Of a stretch of 64,000 bases of DNA, positions 8,877 through 19,044 are shown piece by piece. The stretch lies in assembly GCA_946411515.1 (NCBI GenBank), contig CAMKEH010000001.1:21013-85012 (forward strand), in the 5' to 3' direction. The DNA comes from an uncultured Clostridium sp. (GTDB lineage Bacteria > Bacillota > Clostridia > TANB77 > CAG-508). The notes under the pieces were generated by a model. The model was not told the origin of the DNA, made no database searches, and saw only the letters and a list, made by a program, of their open reading frames with translations. How positions within the stretch are numbered: position 1 is the stretch's first letter; each line of letters opens with the position of its first letter. Made by a program: the position numbers and the translations under genes.

Positions 8877-10596
8877 CTATTTTAAGTTGTTTTTTAACAT
8901 TTTCCATAACTCTTCTGTTTCCATATCTTTTTGCCAAGAACCAACACCTGCCAAATTATTTTCATTTACTAAAGATACTTTTTCTTTTAATGAATCCATA
9001 TCTTCTATCCAAATCTGCTTTTTATTTGAATTTTCGGTATATTCAACATAGTGTTGTTTTAATTCATCATCCCATTCCTTTTCTACATTATTTGGAATAG
9101 TACTATCTATATTTTTCATTGCTACTGCATTTTTGCTTATTATTTCTCCATTACTATTGCTTGTCCAAACTCTAGTGTAAAGTGGAATTGCAAGTATTAT
9201 CTTTTCTGGTTTTACTTCATATGTAGTTAAAAACTTATTTAAATTTAATTTAACCCAATTATATCCAGCTGTTGTTCCTACTTTATTACTAGAAGAACCG
9301 TATTGATCATATGCCATAAATACAATGTAGTCTGCAACATTTCCTATAGTATTTCTATCAAAGCACATTGACCAGGTTTCTCCTCCATCAGGAGCTGTTA
9401 CATCAACAGAAGTTACTAATCCTATTTCTTTTAACCTAGGTGTAAGTTCTATTATAAATCTTGAAAACATATCTTTATCTTCTTGTTTCATATTTTCAAA
9501 ATCAATATTTATTCCATCTAACTTATATTCAACACATTTATTTACAATATTTTCTATAACTTCTTGTCTTTTTTCATAGCTATTCATTATTTTTGAAGTA
9601 ATATCTAAACTTTGAGCTGCTACTTCTGCATTTGAAAACATTGGCCAAACTTTATAACCATTATTATGTGCCCACTCTATATATTGTTTTCCTTTAGTTC
9701 CAATATTTTCTTCTAAATCACCATTTTTATCTAAATGAAAGAATGATGGAGATACAACATTTATTCCTTCAATCTTAGTATCATTTCTATTAGGAGCTGA
9801 TGCATACTCAGAATAATAATCCCAAACAAGATTTACTTTTCCATTAATTTGTTTTTCATCTTCCATTTTTTCTCTTACAACAAATTCATTTTCCAATTTA
9901 TCAGATTTTATAAATCCTACTTTTCCATTTTCTGTTCTAATTTTTGAATTTCCGATCTTTGGAAGATATGATGATAACTCTATCTCCTTTTGAAACTCTA
10001 TCTACAGTTTTTGCAATAAATTCTGCAGAAGATTTTACAGCTGTATCAGATGATACTATTGCCTTTTTTTGTTCTCTATCTAAAGAATCCATAGTTATTA
10101 CTTTTGTTTTTTCAATATTTTCAATTTCAACATTATATACATCTTTCATTTCTGAAATTGGTAAATATATCTTATTATCTTTTTTTATTGCATGAGCATA
10201 TATTCTTTGTTCTGAACCATTTATAGTTATTGTATTTTTTTCAAATCCAATTGCTGCAGCCTTTTTTTCATATGTTGTAATTACTTGATTTGTATCTTCA
10301 TCTAAATAAATATATTTATCAAAAAAGTTTGCAATATCATCTTTTGATAAGTATATAATATCATTTTCTATTAAAACTTCATTTTTTAGATTACTTGTTA
10401 TGTTGTTATTATTAATTACTAAATTATAAGTTTGGTTATTATCTAATATTATAAATTCATTTGCAATCATTGCAATTACCATTAAAGCTATTATAATTAC
10501 AATTGTAAAAAATATTTTCTTTATTCTCTTTTTCTTTCTTGATACCTCTTCAAGTGTCATTTTCTTTGTAACTTTTTCTCTTTTTCCTTTTCCCAT
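8877..10596 (-). CDS. Membrane-anchored GH18 glycoside hydrolase with SH3-like region; +1 shift at CGG, extra C at 9954
   Basis: DGINIDFE catalytic motif, MAYDQ, GVGSWQ. GAT-C-GGA restores SSKDGNSKIRTENGKVGFIK. Joined length 572 aa. Confidence 0.85.
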
Positions 10597-10681
10597 GTTT
10601 CTCTCCTTATTTTTATCTATGGTGATACTATATCATAAAAAAGATTTTTAGAAAACCTTTTTCCAAAAATCTTTAAAATTT

Positions 10682-12766
10682 TTATTTTAAAATTCTAATT
10701 GTATTAAAAATTGTAATTAATGTAGTTCCAACATCTGCAAAAACAGCTTCCCACATATCAGCTATTCCTAACACACTAAGTATTAATATTAATAATTTAA
10801 CTCCAATTGAAAAAATTAAATTTTCTTTTATAATTCGATTTGTTTTTTTAGAAATATTTATTGCTTCTACTATTCTTTCTAGTTCATCTGTCATAACAAC
10901 AATATCAGATGCTTCAATTGCAGAACTTGATCCAATTCCACCCATTGATATTCCAATATCTGATCTAGCTAAAACTGGGCTATCATTTATTCCATCACCA
11001 ACATATGCTACTTTCAAGTTTTTATTTTTATTGCTTTCTAGTATTTTTTCTAATTCTTCATATTTATCTTGAGGAAGCATCTCAGCTTTTAGATTATTTA
11101 TCCCTACTTCTTTTGCAATTTTATTTGCGATTTTTTCTTTATCTCCAGTAAACATTTTTGTTTTAATTCCAAGATTAGAAAGTGTTTTTATTGTAGATTT
11201 TGCATCTTTTTTAATTTCATCTAATAACCATATTTTTCCTACTACTTCATCATCAATTTTTAGATATAAAAAAGTTCCTTCTTCTTCATTTGCATTACTT
11301 AGATTTACTAAACTTTTATTACCAATTTTTATTATTTTATTTTCTAATTTATATTCTAATCCTTTTCCTGCTATTTCTTTAAAGTATTCTATTTTTATAT
11401 TATCTTGCACTTCAATTTTTTCTTTTTTTGCTTTTTGTAAAATAGATTTAGCAATCGGATGATTAGACAAACTTTCTCCTATTACGAAATACTCTAATAT
11501 TTGTTTTTTATCATACTTATTGCTTAAAGATTGAATTTCCTTTACTTCAAAATTTCCTGTTGTAATAGTTCCTGTTTTATCAAATATTATTTGATTTATA
11601 TCTTTTAGAGCATCTAAATAGTTACTTCCTTTTATTAAAATTCCTCTTCTAGATGCTTTCCCGATTCCACTAAAATAACTAAGTGGTACAGAAATAGCAA
11701 TTGAGCATGGACATGAAATAACAAGAAAAATTAGTGCTTTATATATACTTTCACTGTATGTTATATCTTTAATTAAAATAGGCATAAATATTGCAACTAG
11801 TAATGCTAAAGCTAATACAATAGGTGTGTATATCTTTGCAGCTTTTGACACAAAATTTTCAGTTTTTGCTTTTTTATCTGTCGCATTTTCAACTAAATTT
11901 AATATTTTGCTTACTGTGCTATTTTCATAAGATTTATCTACTTTTATTTCTAAAAGTCCTTGAATATTTATACTTCCAGATAGCACGATGTCTCCCTTTT
12001 TTATAGATAGTAATTTGCTTTCACCTGTTAAGGCTGAATTATCAATTTGGGCTTCTCCATTTAATACAGTTCCATCTAAAGGTACTTTTTCTCCCATTTT
12101 TACAATAATTGTATCTCCTACACTTACTTCTTCAGGATTAACACTTAATGTTTCTTTTCCTTTTTTTAAGTTTGCATATTCTGGCTTTATATTCATCAAA
12201 TTAGAAATTGATTTACGAGTTTTATTTACAGCTTTAGATTCTAATATTTTACCAATTTCATATAAAGTAATAACCATTATTCCTTCAAAAGTTTTGCCTA
12301 CAAAACATGCCCCTATAACAGATACTGTTATTAATAAGTTTTCATCTAAAACTCTTCTTTTTATTTCAGATAATGCTTTTTTTATTGTTTTAGAAAGTAA
12401 TAGCAATACTGAAATTATTATAAGTGCAATTTTAAATTTTTCATCTATATTTAATATAACACTTAAAACATATATTTCTAAACCTAAAGCTATTCTTAAT
12501 ATATCCATATAGTTTCTTTGTTCTTTTTCATTATTTTTAGAATCAATATCTAAAACTTCTACTTCTGGCTCAACTTCTTTTATTATTTTTATTATTTCTT
12601 GTTTTGGATTTTCTTTATTTGTTTTAAAAGATAGCTTTAAAGTAGAAAAATTAACATTTACATCTATATATTGTTTTTCTTTTGCAATTCTATCTTCTAT
12701 TTTTTTACCACATGCTGCACAATCCAAATTTTTTAAAATATATCTATAACTCTTCAATATGTTCAC
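10682..12766 (-). CDS. cadA: Zn/Cd-type P1B heavy-metal ATPase (CadA/ZntA-like)
   Basis: CAAC metal-binding domain, TGES, SCPC, DKTGT, GDGIND, Lys in TM7 and ADVG in TM8. Confidence 0.88.
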   Translation of the reverse strand: MNILKSYRYILKNLDCAACGKKIEDRIAKEKQYIDVNVNFSTLKLSFKTNKENPKQEIIKIIKEVEPEVEVLDIDSKNNEKEQRNYMDILRIALGLEIYVLSVILNIDEKFKIALIIISVLLLLSKTIKKALSEIKRRVLDENLLITVSVIGACFVGKTFEGIMVITLYEIGKILESKAVNKTRKSISNLMNIKPEYANLKKGKETLSVNPEEVSVGDTIIVKMGEKVPLDGTVLNGEAQIDNSALTGESKLLSIKKGDIVLSGSINIQGLLEIKVDKSYENSTVSKILNLVENATDKKAKTENFVSKAAKIYTPIVLALALLVAIFMPILIKDITYSESIYKALIFLVISCPCSIAISVPLSYFSGIGKASRRGILIKGSNYLDALKDINQIIFDKTGTITTGNFEVKEIQSLSNKYDKKQILEYFVIGESLSNHPIAKSILQKAKKEKIEVQDNIKIEYFKEIAGKGLEYKLENKIIKIGNKSLVNLSNANEEEGTFLYLKIDDEVVGKIWLLDEIKKDAKSTIKTLSNLGIKTKMFTGDKEKIANKIAKEVGINNLKAEMLPQDKYEELEKILESNKNKNLKVAYVGDGINDSPVLARSDIGISMGGIGSSSAIEASDIVVMTDELERIVEAINISKKTNRIIKENLIFSIGVKLLILILSVLGIADMWEAVFADVGTTLITIFNTIRILK

Positions 12767-13097
12767 GACCTTTCTTCACAATTTGAGAGATATGTTCATC
12801 ATCCAAGCTATAATATACAACTTTTCCTTCTTTTCTGTATTTAACTAATTTAGATTGTTTTAAAATTCTTAATTGGTGTGATATTGCAGATTGAGTTGTT
12901 TGAACAATATTTGCTATATCACATACACATAGTTCATCTTCTAATAACGCATATATAATTTTCATTCTTGTTGAATCTGCAAACACTTTAAAAAATTCTG
13001 CCATGTCATATATCAATCCGTCTTCTGGCATTTTTTCTTTTACCCTCTTTACAGTATTTTCATGAATCACTGTTACTTCACACAATTCTTGTTCCAT
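12744..13097 (-). CDS. ArsR/SmtB family metal-sensing repressor
   Basis: FKVFADSTR, ELCVCDIA, QSAISHQLRIL, YSLDDEH. Confidence 0.92.
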   Translation of the reverse strand: MEQELCEVTVIHENTVKRVKEKMPEDGLIYDMAEFFKVFADSTRMKIIYALLEDELCVCDIANIVQTTQSAISHQLRILKQSKLVKYRKEGKVVYYSLDDEHISQIVKKGREHIEEL

Positions 13098-13131
13098 ACT
13101 TTCCTCCTTAGTTTCAATTATATGTTATTTA

Positions 13132-13157
13132 AATATATGAGCAATCGTTCATATATT
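13132..13157. promoter_or_regulatory. ArsR/SmtB-type palindromic operator
   Basis: AATATATGA-gcaatcgt-TCATATATT between the arsR start and a TTGACA-N17-TAAAAT promoter. Confidence 0.7.
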
Positions 13158-13281
13158 ATTTTATTCCTTATTATATTTTTTGTCAATAATTTTAATATAA
13201 TATTTATATTCTCCTATAAACAATAAAAGCCTAAAGTTTTATATACTTTAGGTTTTTATCCTGTTTTTCTATTAGATATAA

Positions 13282-13413
13282 TTATTTTTTATCAACATCT
13301 TTTTTTCTTCTAATTTCTTTTCTTCTTTCCTCTTCCACCTCTTTTTTCTCTTTTCTTCTTTCTTTTGATCTTCTTTCATCAAATATTTTTCCTTCATCAT
13401 TCATTGCTAGCAT
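13282..13413 (-). CDS. Small highly charged protein (43 aa), not in the ORF track
   Basis: MLAMNDEGKIFDERRSKERRKEKKEVEEERRKEIRRKKDVDKK*; GGAG RBS; downstream hairpin at about 13225-13257. Confidence 0.6.
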   Translation of the reverse strand: MLAMNDEGKIFDERRSKERRKEKKEVEEERRKEIRRKKDVDKK

Positions 13414-13492
13414 AGTATTCTCTCCTTTTCATTTTTATTTTATCAATAAGTATTAGTTTCAATATTGTTTATTAAACAATATCAAACATTTT

Positions 13493-14038
13493 TCATCTTG
13501 TCAATTGTTTTTTTGCAATTCCATACGTGTGTGTTATAGGATCTTTAAAAATACCAATATTAGGAGTAAAATATGTAAAAATTATAAAACAAATTAAAAT
13601 CAATAGTAATATAATAATAGCTATTGTGTTATTACATTTAAATTTATTGATTATTAGTATATATGATAAAAATTCTCCTATAATAGTAAAAATAAAAAAT
13701 GAAGCTATATCGATAAAGGGAATATTTTTCCCTAATATTCCTGTATATGTATAGAAAAATATAACCATAAGTATCATTGATACTATTATTCCTACTGTCT
13801 TTGAGCACAAAAAATTAGGAATATCTTTTCCAATATAAAAATATCCAATTATTGTTGTTAATGCCATTGGAAAAAATAATAGTTTTAGATGTTCCCATGT
13901 ACTTTCATTTATAGAAGAAAAAATAGCTACTATATTATTTTCTCCAGACCACTCATATGTAAAATGTAATAAAGTTCCTAATATAAATGTAAACACAACA
14001 CTAAATATTTGGTAATTTCTTATTTTTTTCTTATTCAT
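13493..14038 (-). CDS. Multi-pass membrane protein (DUF6512-like)
   Basis: LLHFTYEWSG...NESTWEHLKLLFFP motif recalled for this family; several TM helices. Confidence 0.7.
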   Translation of the reverse strand: MNKKKIRNYQIFSVVFTFILGTLLHFTYEWSGENNIVAIFSSINESTWEHLKLLFFPMALTTIIGYFYIGKDIPNFLCSKTVGIIVSMILMVIFFYTYTGILGKNIPFIDIASFFIFTIIGEFLSYILIINKFKCNNTIAIIILLLILICFIIFTYFTPNIGIFKDPITHTYGIAKKQLTR

Positions 14039-14142
14039 CTTGCCCCTCCTATAATATTATTTTACAAATAAAATAAATTTTTATTACATAAAAAAATTTA
14101 CCAAATGAATTTTTCACTTAGTAAACTTTTTAAATTTCTATA

Positions 14143-14760
14143 TTATTTCATATCATTCGTATAAAATTTTTTCTCTGCTAGTTTGTCTTGTACTCCACGA
14201 AGTGCCTCTCCAAATCTTTGGAAGTGTACTACTTCTCTTTGTCTTAAATATCTTAATGGATCTAGTACATCTGGATTATCACGACATAAATCGATTAATT
14301 TTTCATAAGTTGCTCTAGCTTTTTGTTCTGCTGCTAAGTCTTCTTGTAAGTTCGCAATTGGATCTCCTTTTGCTGCAATATATGCTGCTGTAAAAGGTAC
14401 TCCTGCTGCAGATACTGGATATACATCAACTCCGTGATCTGTATAATATGGTGCCAATCCTGCTTTTTCAATTTCTTCAATTGATGCTCCATCTGTTAAT
14501 TGGTGTACTATTGTTCCAACCATTTCTAAATGGGCTAGCTCTTCAGTACCAATATCATTTAAAACCGCTTTTGATACTTGATCTGGCATGCCAAATCTTT
14601 GAGATAAATATCTAAGTGAAGCAGCAAGTTCTCCATCAGGTCCTCCATATTGTGATATTATAACTTTTGCTAACTTTGGATCTGGACATTTAATATTAAT
14701 AGGGTATTGTAACATTTTATTATAAGTCCACATTAATAATTCCCCCTTTCCCATGGCCAT
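14143..14760 (-). CDS. cotJC: Manganese catalase family spore coat protein CotJC
   Basis: QYGGPDGE, DIGTEELAHLEM, DLAAEQKAR, REVVHFQRFGE. Confidence 0.93.
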   Translation of the reverse strand: MAMGKGELLMWTYNKMLQYPINIKCPDPKLAKVIISQYGGPDGELAASLRYLSQRFGMPDQVSKAVLNDIGTEELAHLEMVGTIVHQLTDGASIEEIEKAGLAPYYTDHGVDVYPVSAAGVPFTAAYIAAKGDPIANLQEDLAAEQKARATYEKLIDLCRDNPDVLDPLRYLRQREVVHFQRFGEALRGVQDKLAEKKFYTNDMK

Positions 14761-15080
14761 GGTGTTTCAAGCCATCTCCATTTATTGCAAGGATAATTGA
14801 TAGTTAATGGTCCGTAAACCTTTTGATATCTATCTTTTAATTCTTTTACTTCTTTGCAGTATTTTCTATGCATGCAAAGAGCTTTTTCATCATCTGGGTG
14901 TGTGTCTAAATATAATGCAAGTTCAGTTATTGCAAATTCAAGACTTCTTATTTTGTTTATCATTTCTCTTCTTGTTTCACAATTTGTCATATTATCTTTA
15001 TCATGATTTTCATCTACTTGCATTTCTCCAAGAACATTATTGTTTCCACATCCACAACTTCTGTTTTCTTCTACTGACAT
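14733..15080 (-). CDS. cotJB: Spore coat protein CotJB
   Basis: ELALYLDTHPDD, YGPL, WRWLETPWPWE. Confidence 0.9.
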   Translation of the reverse strand: MSVEENRSCGCGNNNVLGEMQVDENHDKDNMTNCETRREMINKIRSLEFAITELALYLDTHPDDEKALCMHRKYCKEVKELKDRYQKVYGPLTINYPCNKWRWLETPWPWERGNY

Positions 15081-15430
15081 TTGTTACACCCCTCCCCAAT
15101 TTTATTACTTTTCTTTAGATAAGCAATTTCTTCCATTGATTGACCAGGCATATAAGGGCTAACTAATTCTGGAAAGATTGTTCCCATTTTTAATCCAATA
15201 TTTGGTTTAAATGTTTTATCCATATATTGAATTGGAACATAACTTTGAGCTAATGTTGGATTTTCTGGAAATATACTCTTTTCTTCATCAAATCCACATT
15301 CGCAACTGTCTTGATAATCTTCATAACTACTTACATTTTCACATTTATCTTCTATTAAGTCGTTTGTAGCTTCTTGATTATTTTGACAGTTACAATTTTG
15401 ATAATAGCTTTGTCGATAATTTCTAAACAT
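15071..15430 (-). CDS. cotJA: Spore coat protein CotJA
   Basis: LAQSYVPIQ...GLKMGTIFPELVSPY; position in cotJABC; upstream TGTCGAA (15466-15472, minus strand). Confidence 0.85.
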   Translation of the reverse strand: MFRNYRQSYYQNCNCQNNQEATNDLIEDKCENVSSYEDYQDSCECGFDEEKSIFPENPTLAQSYVPIQYMDKTFKPNIGLKMGTIFPELVSPYMPGQSMEEIAYLKKSNKIGEGCNKCQ

Positions 15431-15535
15431 ATTTTTTCCTCCTTTTAATTTATTATATGTTTACTTTCGACAATTGACACAAAATGGGTAAAAAGAAAAA
15501 AGTACCCTTAACTCTAGGTACTTTCGCATTTAATT

Positions 15536-15727
15536 TTACGCATTTTCAGTTTCTTTTTTAGCTACTATTTCTTTTCCATCATAATATCCGCAGTTTTTAC
15601 AAACTCTATGTGGCATTATTGGTTCATGACAATGTGGACATGTAGAAAATTTTGGAGCTTCTTTTTTCCATGTTGATCTTTTTGAATGTGTTCTTGCTTT
15701 AGACCATCTTCTTTTTGGTTGTGCCAT
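15536..15727 (-). CDS. rpmF: 50S ribosomal protein L32 (Zn-binding CxxC type)
   Basis: MAQPKRRWSKAR, CPHC, HRVCKNCGYY. Confidence 0.95.
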   Translation of the reverse strand: MAQPKRRWSKARTHSKRSTWKKEAPKFSTCPHCHEPIMPHRVCKNCGYYDGKEIVAKKETENA

Positions 15728-15846
15728 TCTAATTCCCCCTTTGCTTCTAAGATATCTATATATCTTTTTTTCATTTTTATCTATATTTTTTAGTCACTAT
15801 AAGATTATACAAGGAATTTTTAATTTTGTCAATAGCAACAAATGTG

Positions 15847-16392
15847 TTATTTACAATATTTTTCATATGTAGCCTTCATATTTTTCTTATTTAATACTTT
15901 TTTATTTACTCCCTTATCTGCAATTTGTGTTAATACATCTGTCACAAACTTATCTATATTCTCATTTATAAAAATATTTTTTCTTTCTCTATTATTCCAA
16001 TATTCTAACTCATACTCTTTTGTAAAGTTTTTTCCTTGATAAGCCATACCTGCAGCTAATTTATCACATACCATTTCTGCAGCATATTTATATGGAATAA
16101 TTGGTGTTTTTTGAGGTGCATTATTATCAAACCAATATTCTGCATGATGCTTATTTCTTCCTTTATGATGAAGCCATGCTTTAGAATATCCATTTTCTTT
16201 TTTACAATTTCTAATTGGAGAATATGTTCCTTGAAAATATTTTACTCCTTCCCAAAACTCAGTAGGAGAATATTTTGACCAGTCATGCATAAAACCTCTC
16301 CAAGGTTCTCCTATCATTAAACATAATTTGAATACTAAAAATTTATGATGAGTAATTAAAGCAAAATGTTTTATTATATTTTTTAAATACAT
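15847..16392 (-). CDS. DUF5662-like HD-type protein
   Basis: HDWSKYSPTEF, WLHHKGRNKHH, EMVCD. Confidence 0.75.
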   Translation of the reverse strand: MYLKNIIKHFALITHHKFLVFKLCLMIGEPWRGFMHDWSKYSPTEFWEGVKYFQGTYSPIRNCKKENGYSKAWLHHKGRNKHHAEYWFDNNAPQKTPIIPYKYAAEMVCDKLAAGMAYQGKNFTKEYELEYWNNRERKNIFINENIDKFVTDVLTQIADKGVNKKVLNKKNMKATYEKYCK

Positions 16393-16538
16393 TTTTATTT
16401 ACCTTTCTCTTATTTTCCTTACTTATTTTAAAAACAGTGTACTATAAGTTTTTTGAAAAAGCAATAAATTTTATTTATTTTTTTGCATAAACTATAAAGA
16501 ATTTAAATAAAAATAAATATATTATGGAGGGATTTTAT

Positions 16539-18386
16539 ATGTGTGGTTTTGTCGGATTTGCCGATTTTAAAAAAGATATTTCAAAAGAAAAAAATATATT
16601 AGAAAATATGAATAATACTTTATCTAAAAGAGGTCCTGATGAAGATGGCTTTTACATAGATAGTAATGTAGCTCTTAGTCATAAACGTTTAATTGTTTTA
16701 GATCCAAATGGCGGAAAACAACCTATGATTGAAACGTTTTCTTTTGGAAGTTACATTTTAGTTTATAATGGTCAAATATATAATACACAAGAATTAATTG
16801 AAGTTTTAAAAGAAAATAATTTTATAATAAACTCTCATTCTGATACAGAAGTATTATTAAAAGCGTATATTCTATATGGCAAAGATGTTGTAAATCATTT
16901 AAATGGTATTTTCTCATTTGCTGTTTTAGATACAAATAAAAAAGAACTTTTCTTAGCACGTGATCATTTTGGAATAAAACCTCTTTTTTATACTTTTTTA
17001 GATGGAACTTTTATATTTGCTTCAGAAATAAAAGCTTTATTTAAATATCCTGGGGTTGAAAAAGTTTTAGATGAACAAGGAATTTCAGAATTATTTGGAA
17101 TAGGACCTAGTCATACTCCTGGTACTACTGTTTTTAAAGATATATACGAATTAAAACCTGCTCATTTTGCTATATTTAATAGCTCAGGTCTTCATATAGA
17201 GCGTTATTGGAAGTTAAAATCAGAAAAACATACTGCTAGTTTTGAAGAAACATGTGATAATTTAAAATTTTTATTAAATGATAGTATAACTCGTCAATTA
17301 GTATCTGATGTACCATTATGTACTTTTTTATCTGGAGGATTAGATTCAAGTATAATTTCAAAATTTGTATCTGACTATTGTAAGGATCAAGGATTACCGC
17401 CTTTAGATACTTATTCCATTGATTACGTAGATAATGATAAAAATTTTGTTAAAAGCGATTTTCAACCAAATTCAGATAACTATTATATAGACATTATGAC
17501 TAAAGAATTATATACAAATCACCATAGAATTGTAATTGATACTCCAGAGCTTGCAGAAAGTCTAGAAGATGCTATGATTGCTCGTGATATGCCAGGTATG
17601 GCAGATATTGATTCATCATTACTTCTTTTTTGTAAAAATGTAAAACAAGAAAAAACTGTTAGTTTAACTGGAGAATGTGCAGACGAAATATTTGGTGGAT
17701 ATCCATGGTTCTTTCGAGAAGATGCACTAAAAAGCAATACTTTTCCTTGGTCAATATCTTTAAAAGAAAGACAAAGATTATTAAATCCTTATATTGGAAG
17801 TAAAGTAAAATTAAAAGATTATATAGACTTTAGGTACAATGAAAGCTTATCTGAAGTTGAAATTTTAGATACAGATTCACCTGAAACTGCAGAAAAAAGA
17901 AAAATTTCTCACCTTACTTTAAATTGGTTTATGCAGACATTACTTGATCGTTCTGATAGAATGGCAATGTATAACGGCTTTGAAATAAGAGTTCCATTTT
18001 GTGACTATAGACTAGCACAGTATGTATGGAATATACCTTGGGAATGGAAAGCATTAAATGGTAGAGAAAAAGGATTATTAAGACATATTTCAGAGGACTT
18101 TTTACCTGAAGAAATTGTATATAGAAAAAAATCTCCATATCCTAAAACTCATAATCCAAGTTATTTAAAGAAAGTAAAACAAATGTTATCAGATATTATG
18201 AAAGATAAAAATGCTCCTATCAATAATTTATTGAATAGAAACTATATTTTAGAAATATTAGAAACTGAAGGGAAAGCATTTACAAGACCTTGGTTTGGTC
18301 AACTAATGGTAGGTCCTCAACTTATGGCATATATGATTCAAGTAAATATGTGGCTTGAAAAATATAATCCAAAAATTGAAATATAA
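16539..18386 (+). CDS. asnB: Asparagine synthetase (glutamine-hydrolysing); start ATG 16539
   Basis: N-terminal MCG (Ntn Cys), RGPD, NGQIYN, RDHFGIKPL, LSGGLDSS, TGECADEIFGGY. Confidence 0.93.
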   Translation: MCGFVGFADFKKDISKEKNILENMNNTLSKRGPDEDGFYIDSNVALSHKRLIVLDPNGGKQPMIETFSFGSYILVYNGQIYNTQELIEVLKENNFIINSHSDTEVLLKAYILYGKDVVNHLNGIFSFAVLDTNKKELFLARDHFGIKPLFYTFLDGTFIFASEIKALFKYPGVEKVLDEQGISELFGIGPSHTPGTTVFKDIYELKPAHFAIFNSSGLHIERYWKLKSEKHTASFEETCDNLKFLLNDSITRQLVSDVPLCTFLSGGLDSSIISKFVSDYCKDQGLPPLDTYSIDYVDNDKNFVKSDFQPNSDNYYIDIMTKELYTNHHRIVIDTPELAESLEDAMIARDMPGMADIDSSLLLFCKNVKQEKTVSLTGECADEIFGGYPWFFREDALKSNTFPWSISLKERQRLLNPYIGSKVKLKDYIDFRYNESLSEVEILDTDSPETAEKRKISHLTLNWFMQTLLDRSDRMAMYNGFEIRVPFCDYRLAQYVWNIPWEWKALNGREKGLLRHISEDFLPEEIVYRKKSPYPKTHNPSYLKKVKQMLSDIMKDKNAPINNLLNRNYILEILETEGKAFTRPWFGQLMVGPQLMAYMIQVNMWLEKYNPKIEI

Positions 18387-18393
18387 AATGGTT

Positions 18394-18420
18394 AAAAGGT
18401 CGCTTTAACTGCGACCTTTT
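18394..18420. terminator. Bidirectional intrinsic terminator
   Basis: AAAAGGTCGC-tttaact-GCGACCTTTT between convergent genes. Confidence 0.8.
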
Positions 18421-18435
18421 ACTTATCATACTAAA

Positions 18436-18984
18436 TTATTCTACTGCTTTTTGAATTTTATCTATATTTTTCTTTATAAATATTATTCCAAAAATATCAA
18501 CTATAGAATAAACAACCATTAATATTCCATTAGCAATAGTTATACTAATTGCTGAAATTAAAGGTGTGAATATAAATGATATTCCAACTAATAATGTAAT
18601 TATTGCACTACATAAAATTATTAGCCAACCACTTTCTTTTGCATCTTTTAGTAATATTGCTAACTTAATTCTACTAATACTATTTGATATAAACCAAATA
18701 CCAACTCCTAAAGAAATTAATACAGGTACACTACCAGGATATATTAGTAGTGCAATTCCTAAAACTACTAATAGAATTCCAAATGTTAAACTTCTTTCTT
18801 CTTTTATGCTTGCAATATTTATTATTGAAATAATTATACCATATATTATTGCAGATATAGAAATTACTATACTAACAATACTTAGTGTTATTGCAGGATT
18901 TGCTATGATAATTATTCCAAGTATTGCATAAATAATTGATGCAACAATAGATAAGTTCAATTCTCTTTTTATAATGTCTTTCAT
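18436..18984 (-). CDS. HdeD/DUF308-like membrane protein
   Basis: Six hydrophobic segments with a repeated LGIIIIANP / LGIALLIYP pattern. Confidence 0.7.
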   Translation of the reverse strand: MKDIIKRELNLSIVASIIYAILGIIIIANPAITLSIVSIVISISAIIYGIIISIINIASIKEERSLTFGILLVVLGIALLIYPGSVPVLISLGVGIWFISNSISRIKLAILLKDAKESGWLIILCSAIITLLVGISFIFTPLISAISITIANGILMVVYSIVDIFGIIFIKKNIDKIQKAVE

Positions 18985-19044
18985 ATTTTTACCTCCTTTC
19001 TTTTTAAATTTAAATTGAATTATATATGTAAAACAATTTAATGC

